A DNA stretch of 20,000 bases from an uncultured virus (IMG/VR IMGVR_UViG_3300033068_001557) (lineage: Duplodnaviria > Heunggongvirae > Uroviricota > Caudoviricetes), in the IMG/VR virus record IMGVR_UViG_3300033068_001557; one strand, 5' to 3'. Below the pieces are notes generated by a model, which ran no database searches, was not told where the DNA came from, and worked only from the letters and a program-made list of their open reading frames with translations. This document shows positions 14,906 to 20,000 of this stretch, one piece after another (position 1 is the stretch's first letter; each line of letters opens with the position of its first letter). Position numbers and translations under genes: made by a program.

Positions 14906-15514
14906 GATGGAGTAACTTGTATTATTCCAATAGAACTTGAAGATAAATATGAGGAAGTTTGTAAAGAATGGGAATCATTAACTTTAATGGAATTAGAAGC
15001 TGAAGATTATAAAAAAATAATTAGAGGTAATATAAATAATTATTTAGGAATAAAAGTAAATGGTGATGTAAAAGAAAAAGGAATATGGTTTTTAACTAAC
15101 CCTGATTTAAGTAATAGTGTTGATGCTTTAATTATAGCAAAATCTCTTAAATTATATTATACAAAAAGTATTTCTATTGAAGATTCTATTTCTAATCCAG
15201 AAAAATATGGTTTTACAATATTTGATTATTGTTATAGTAATAAAATATCTAAAGATTATACTGTATGGTGGAACAATAAACATCAACAAAATTTAAATCG
15301 TTATTATATTAGTGGTAATAATTCCCCTTATCTTTATAAAAAAAAATACAATAAAACTACTTTAGAAAATGTATTAAAAGGTTATGGTGTTGAAATTTAT
15401 AATAATCATGTAGAAAAACCTTTTAAAGAATATAATGTAAATACTCAATATTATATTTCAAAGGTGAATGAAATTTTAAATGAATTTGAACCTAAACAAA
15501 CAAAATTATTTTAA
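14906..15514 (+). CDS. polB: Family B DNA polymerase, exon 2
   Basis: Begins DGV, completing motif C NTDG; INNY..KEKG and YYI motifs; spliced product 646 aa. The TTG start at 14903 in the ORF track is intron sequence. Confidence 0.9.
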   Translation, partial: DGVTCIIPIELEDKYEEVCKEWESLTLMELEAEDYKKIIRGNINNYLGIKVNGDVKEKGIWFLTNPDLSNSVDALIIAKSLKLYYTKSISIEDSISNPEKYGFTIFDYCYSNKISKDYTVWWNNKHQQNLNRYYISGNNSPYLYKKKYNKTTLENVLKGYGVEIYNNHVEKPFKEYNVNTQYYISKVNEILNEFEPKQTKLF

Positions 15515-15515
15515 T

Positions 15516-16103
15516 ATGAAAAAAATAAAATACTTCTTTAATAGATTTAGATTTTTAAAAGCATTAAATTCTCCTTTTAAACCTTTTAAATTAAAATGGT
15601 ATTTTGGTAAAGTAGCAATAGGTACACCTTATTTTTTACCAAGAAAATGGGTAAATCTTACTGAAAAAGAAATTGAAGAAAAAGCTATTATACAATATAA
15701 TAAAATTAAGGAAGAATTTAAAGAAAAAGTAACTTTAGAACATTATATACAACAATACAAAGGAACTCAAAAAGCAATTCCAAAATTATTTGGATTTGAT
15801 TTTGTTGAATTGGGTTGGAAAACTAAATGGACTAATACTGATTATAGGTTTGAATGGTCTCCTTTAGTTTCATTTGTATTTTTTAAATGGCAAATTACAA
15901 TAATTTTTAAAGCTCCTGAAGAATCTCATTATTGGGAATCTTGGTTATATTATGAATATAATACAGATAAATCTAAATCTAAAAGAGAAAGAATTATTCA
16001 ATGTCAAAAAGAATTTGGTCAAAATTGGATTAGTTGGAAAAATGGAGTAGAAACTAAAACTAATTATTATCAATTTATAATAAAAGAAAAATATTTAATA
16101 TGA
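15516..16103 (+). CDS. Hypothetical phage protein (Trp-rich)
   Basis: ORF 15480-16103; the likelier start is ATG 15516, right after the polymerase stop; GTPYFLPRKW and LGWKTKW motifs. Confidence 0.8.
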   Translation: MKKIKYFFNRFRFLKALNSPFKPFKLKWYFGKVAIGTPYFLPRKWVNLTEKEIEEKAIIQYNKIKEEFKEKVTLEHYIQQYKGTQKAIPKLFGFDFVELGWKTKWTNTDYRFEWSPLVSFVFFKWQITIIFKAPEESHYWESWLYYEYNTDKSKSKRERIIQCQKEFGQNWISWKNGVETKTNYYQFIIKEKYLI

Positions 16104-16522
16104 AAATAAATTACGTTGAAAATAAAAATGGAAAATTATTTAGTTTCCATAAACATGATTTTAAAGAAAATACTGATAGTTCAGATAACTTCATTTTTAT
16201 TGATGGAGGAATAGGAGAAGGTTACACAAGATATTCAGGAGATTTAAAACAAGGAGAAATTAAAGATTTGATGCCTGAGATTCGTGAACAGTTTATTTGG
16301 GGGCAAAACTACAATGAAAAAAATGAAAGATTACCTGAAACTATTTATAAACCCCTCAAAGATTTAACAACTTCTCATATTAGTGGTATTATTAGATATT
16401 TATTAGAAAAATCTACTTGGAATGAAGAAGAACAATATTTTATTCAAGGTAAACAAATAATGGCTATTTTATTAATATTTACTTATGAACTTGAAAATAG
16501 ATTAAATGTGGAGATGCAATAG
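16100..16522 (+). CDS. Hypothetical phage protein
   Basis: 140 aa, FIDGG..Y.R and LKDLTTSHI segments; ATGA overlap. Confidence 0.8.
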   Translation: MKINYVENKNGKLFSFHKHDFKENTDSSDNFIFIDGGIGEGYTRYSGDLKQGEIKDLMPEIREQFIWGQNYNEKNERLPETIYKPLKDLTTSHISGIIRYLLEKSTWNEEEQYFIQGKQIMAILLIFTYELENRLNVEMQ

Positions 16523-16586
16523 GTATTTCAAAATGAGATTTAAAAAAATTAGTAGAATCTAAATTAAACTTTAAAAATTAAAAATT

Positions 16587-16769
16587 ATGACAACAATATT
16601 ATCTTTGTTATTTATACTTTTGTTAGTTTTACTAACAATTTGGATTAAATTTGATATGCAGTTTGGAGTAATAAATAATACATCTTTAAATAAAAAGTAT
16701 TATGTTATTTATTATACAGTAAGGCATTGGGAACGTAAAATTATTTACTTATTTTATAAAAATTATTAA
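16587..16769 (+). CDS. Small membrane protein
   Basis: 60 aa, N-terminal transmembrane helix. Confidence 0.6.
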   Translation: MTTILSLLFILLLVLLTIWIKFDMQFGVINNTSLNKKYYVIYYTVRHWERKIIYLFYKNY

Positions 16770-16770
16770 A

Positions 16771-16998
16771 ATGAAAGAAAAAGAATGTCCTACTTGTCGT
16801 GGTACAGGAGAATGTGTAACTTCTTGTTGCACAGGAGATGTTATTACAGATGATTATGCAATATGTTCTGTATGTTTTGAACATTGTGGAGAAGGAGAAT
16901 GTCCTGATTGCGAAGGTAGTGGTAAAGTTCCTGTAGAACAAACAGAATTTTGTCCTACTTATGATGCACAACTTCAAGCTGATTTATTAAACGATTAA
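16771..16998 (+). CDS. Cys-rich zinc-finger protein (DnaJ-type CxxCxGxG repeats)
   Basis: CPTCRGTG and CPDCEGSG plus CC and CSVC..HC. Confidence 0.75.
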   Translation: MKEKECPTCRGTGECVTSCCTGDVITDDYAICSVCFEHCGEGECPDCEGSGKVPVEQTEFCPTYDAQLQADLLND

Positions 16999-17007
16999 AT
17001 ACTAATT

Positions 17008-17259
17008 ATGAAAAAGAAAACATATGCTTTAGTAAAACTAAATGATGATGTTGAGATTATTGTAATAGGTGATTATGTTCCAGCACAAGAAGAAACTAAT
17101 TTTCCAGGACAATTTGATATTACAAAAATTGAAATTACTGAAGGAACATTAATGCAATATACTGATTTTGTTGAAGATTTTTCAAGAAATTATCCAGATA
17201 TATTAATTATTGACCATTTTAATGAATTAGCACTTTTAAAATTACAGAAAAATGTTTGA
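17008..17259 (+). CDS. Hypothetical protein
   Basis: 83-aa ORF in the operon. Confidence 0.7.
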   Translation: MKKKTYALVKLNDDVEIIVIGDYVPAQEETNFPGQFDITKIEITEGTLMQYTDFVEDFSRNYPDILIIDHFNELALLKLQKNV

Positions 17260-17452
17260 TGATATAAGTCATTTTTTACTTGTCATATATCCTAAAGAAA
17301 AACAAAATAATGATTATTTAAATGAACTTATAGAATTAAATATGATTCCAATAGGAACTATTATTAAAAATCAAGAAATTACTTTTAAAGGAGAAACTAT
17401 GAATAGTGATATTATACCTTGTATTATTTACAAAAAAAATTATGTAGCATGA
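17252..17452 (+). CDS. Hypothetical protein
   Basis: 66-aa ORF overlapping its neighbours. Confidence 0.6.
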   Translation: MFDDISHFLLVIYPKEKQNNDYLNELIELNMIPIGTIIKNQEITFKGETMNSDIIPCIIYKKNYVA

Positions 17453-17673
17453 CAAGATTTCAAGCAATATTTATTTATTATCTCAGAGAAAAATGTGATT
17501 GTAGTTGGAGAGCTTTAGCTGCTCATTTTTATAATAGATATAATTATGATTGGACTAATAAATTAAAATCAGAAATACAAACTTTTGATATTTATACTAT
17601 AGGTGGAAATCAAATTGAAGGTATGTTATTACATAAAGAATCAATGAAATTATTAAATATTAGATATGAATGA
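17449..17673 (+). CDS. Hypothetical protein (possible HTH-like SWRALA segment)
   Basis: ORF 17419-17673; the likelier start is ATG 17449 (ATGA overlap with the previous stop). Confidence 0.65.
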   Translation: MTRFQAIFIYYLREKCDCSWRALAAHFYNRYNYDWTNKLKSEIQTFDIYTIGGNQIEGMLLHKESMKLLNIRYE

Positions 17674-18820
17674 TAAAAGAGATATATTACATGATGAAGG
17701 AATAGAGTTTTATAAACAAAATAATTTTAAAACATTATTTACTCTTCCAACAGGCACAGGTAAGTCAGTTATTACTATTAAACTTTTAAAAAAATATCCA
17801 GGAAAATATCTTTTAGTGACTCCAACTATTCTTTTACATAAAAGAAATTGGAAAGCTGAATTTGAAAAACATTCTTTTTTAGAAATGTATGATAATTTAA
17901 CAAGATGTTGTTATGTTAGTTTACACAAATATGATTTAAATGAGTTTGATGGAATTATATTTGATGAAGCTCATCATTTATCTGTAAGACAATATAATCT
18001 TTTAAGAAGATATTTACATTTATTTAAAAAAGATGATTTACATTCAAAAAAAGTTATTGCTTTAACTGCAACTCCAGGAAAATACGGATTTACACAAAGA
18101 GTTTTAAGAGAAATTGTAGGTAATGCTGTATTTAATTATAAATTAGATGAAGCTGCTGATAATCAAATGGTTAATAACTTTAAAATTCATGTTATATATA
18201 CTAAATTAGATAATATAACAAAAAATAGTAAAGCAGGTTCTAAAGAAAAACCATTTTTAACAACAGAAAAATCTAATTATGATTATCTTACAAAAGTTAT
18301 AAACGAACTCAAAGAAGAAATTAAAACCTCTTCAGGTATGGTTAAATATCTTTCTAAATATCAAATGTATATTAGAAAAAGAGCTAAACTATTATATGAT
18401 TTACAATCTAAAATATTAAGTGTTAAACAATTCTTAATAAAATTAGATAATGAACAACCATTAGCAAAAACAATTATTTTTGCACGAACAATTGATGTAG
18501 CTGAACAATTAGAGAAACGTTCAATACATTCCAAAAGTAGAGAAGATTTTATAGCTCCTTTTATTGAAGGTAAAATAAATCGAATATCTTCAGTAGATAT
18601 GCTTTTAGAAGGTATGAATTTATCTAAAGTGGAAATAGGTATAATGACATCACCACCTTCAGAAAGAAAATTTATACAATCTTTAGGAAGATGTTTAAGA
18701 AATGATGTTGATAAAATATCACATTATTATATCTTTTGTGTTAAAGATACTGTTGAAGAAGATTGGTTGAAAACTGCAATTGAAGATATTTCACAAGAAA
18801 AAATAATTTATGAGAATTAA
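17666..18820 (+). CDS. Superfamily 2 (DExH) DNA/RNA helicase
   Basis: Motif I LPTGTGKS, Ia VTPT, II DEAH, III LTAT, V EGMNL, VI QSLGRCLR. Confidence 0.92.
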   Translation: MNDKRDILHDEGIEFYKQNNFKTLFTLPTGTGKSVITIKLLKKYPGKYLLVTPTILLHKRNWKAEFEKHSFLEMYDNLTRCCYVSLHKYDLNEFDGIIFDEAHHLSVRQYNLLRRYLHLFKKDDLHSKKVIALTATPGKYGFTQRVLREIVGNAVFNYKLDEAADNQMVNNFKIHVIYTKLDNITKNSKAGSKEKPFLTTEKSNYDYLTKVINELKEEIKTSSGMVKYLSKYQMYIRKRAKLLYDLQSKILSVKQFLIKLDNEQPLAKTIIFARTIDVAEQLEKRSIHSKSREDFIAPFIEGKINRISSVDMLLEGMNLSKVEIGIMTSPPSERKFIQSLGRCLRNDVDKISHYYIFCVKDTVEEDWLKTAIEDISQEKIIYEN

Positions 18821-19061
18821 AAAAGCAATGACATACTGGATATATTCTTTTACTTTATCACTTATATTGTTAATTTATGTACAAAAATTTCTTTTAAAAG
18901 ATTTTTATCAATTAAATTATGTTGGTGGTTTTTTATTAGGAGCTTTTATAGATTTTTTTATAATTTTAGGATTATATGATAATGTTCCTTCTGAAAGATT
19001 GAAACAAAAACTTGAGAAAATAAAAAAGATTTTTAAAGATAATAATGAAAGTATAACATGA
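18810..19061 (+). CDS. Membrane protein with two predicted TM helices
   Basis: Two hydrophobic segments and a basic C-tail. Confidence 0.65.
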   Translation: MRIKKAMTYWIYSFTLSLILLIYVQKFLLKDFYQLNYVGGFLLGAFIDFFIILGLYDNVPSERLKQKLEKIKKIFKDNNESIT

Positions 19062-19408
19062 AGGATTATTATGAAAATTTAAAAGAAGAAGATATATTAA
19101 ACTTATTATTTATTAAAACAGATATTCTTATTGAATATCATTTAATAAATTTACACAATTATCTTCAAAAATTACCACTAATACCTTCTGTAGAAAAACT
19201 TATATTATTTAAAAACTATTGTGAAGTAATAAAACAAATAATGTTACAACTTCCACATATGATGAAATTTTGTCCAGTATTTGTTTTTTATGATTTAAAT
19301 AATGTAAAAGCTTTTTTAAAAAATCATTATAATATAATAGAAGTATTTGATAAAAAAGGAAATTTGATAAAAATAAAAATAAATGAAAAATGGCACATAG
19401 TAAATTAA
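19058..19408 (+). CDS. Hypothetical protein
   Basis: 116-aa ORF, ATGA overlap. Confidence 0.65.
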   Translation: MKDYYENLKEEDILNLLFIKTDILIEYHLINLHNYLQKLPLIPSVEKLILFKNYCEVIKQIMLQLPHMMKFCPVFVFYDLNNVKAFLKNHYNIIEVFDKKGNLIKIKINEKWHIVN

Positions 19409-20000
19409 ATGAAAAAGAAATTAAAATAGGAACTATTTTTTCTGAAAGTTCTCATTATACACTTGTTAGTAAAACTCCAGATAGAAGATATAAATTTAAA
19501 CATTTAGAAAGCAATGAAGAAGTTATTTTAGATGATGCTTATGTTGTAAATCTTTTACAAAGTGCAAACCAATACAATGAAGAAATTGTTGTTGGTAAAG
19601 AAGACAAACAAGATGGTACTTTAGGTATTAGAAGTATTTGGGAAAATATTCATTCACAACAAGTGTTTACAGTTTGTTATCAAAAACAATCTAAAAAACT
19701 TAGTGGTAGAACACTTGCTCATTTAAGAAATGAACAATTAAGTTTAGCTTTAAAAGCAATTGAAGAAGCACAAAAAAGTAAAAAAGGTGTTTTAGACGAA
19801 GCTTGTAAACAATTAAAAGAGTTACAAAATAATCCTATATTACCTATTTTAGAAGGTAATGAAAGAATTTTACGTGGTTATAAAGTTCAATTTCATTCAA
19901 GAGATGGAAAATATGACTGTTTAGATATGGATTTAGAAAAAGATAATATACGCCCTGTAAATATTAATACAATCAAATGGTTAATATTTAATGGTATTAA
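19390..20000 (+). CDS. Hypothetical phage protein, truncated by the window end
   Basis: ATG 19390, open to 20000: MAHSKLNEKEIKIGTIFSESSHY...VFTVCY...GNERILRGYKVQFHSRDGKYDCLDMD...RPVNINTIKWL. Confidence 0.75.
   Translation, partial: MAHSKLNEKEIKIGTIFSESSHYTLVSKTPDRRYKFKHLESNEEVILDDAYVVNLLQSANQYNEEIVVGKEDKQDGTLGIRSIWENIHSQQVFTVCYQKQSKKLSGRTLAHLRNEQLSLALKAIEEAQKSKKGVLDEACKQLKELQNNPILPILEGNERILRGYKVQFHSRDGKYDCLDMDLEKDNIRPVNINTIKWLIFNGI

Noticed and set aside
16741..16977. Minus-strand 78-aa ORF
   Set aside because: Antisense shadow of the zinc-finger gene.

Overview
AT-rich bacteriophage DNA with all credible genes on the + strand. It most likely comes from a crAss-like or other Bacteroidota (Flavobacteriia-type) phage: A-rich leaders without Shine-Dalgarno sequences, a TAnnTTTG promoter element, a Bacteroidota-type lipoprotein, and a tmRNA with a Gly resume codon all point that way. 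Bases 1-4200 alternate small hypothetical ORFs with long, highly structured non-coding segments. The most striking is a ~1-kb ornate RNA-like element (about 2182-3187) whose two ends base-pair. The middle holds a modular 716-aa protein, tRNA-Arg(UCU) and a phage tmRNA whose tag frame is unusually long (40 codons). The right half is a replication module: a family B DNA polymerase split in catalytic motif C by a group I intron carrying a GIY-YIG homing endonuclease, several small ORFs and an SF2 helicase. All pairings were read by eye; no folding or database search was run.
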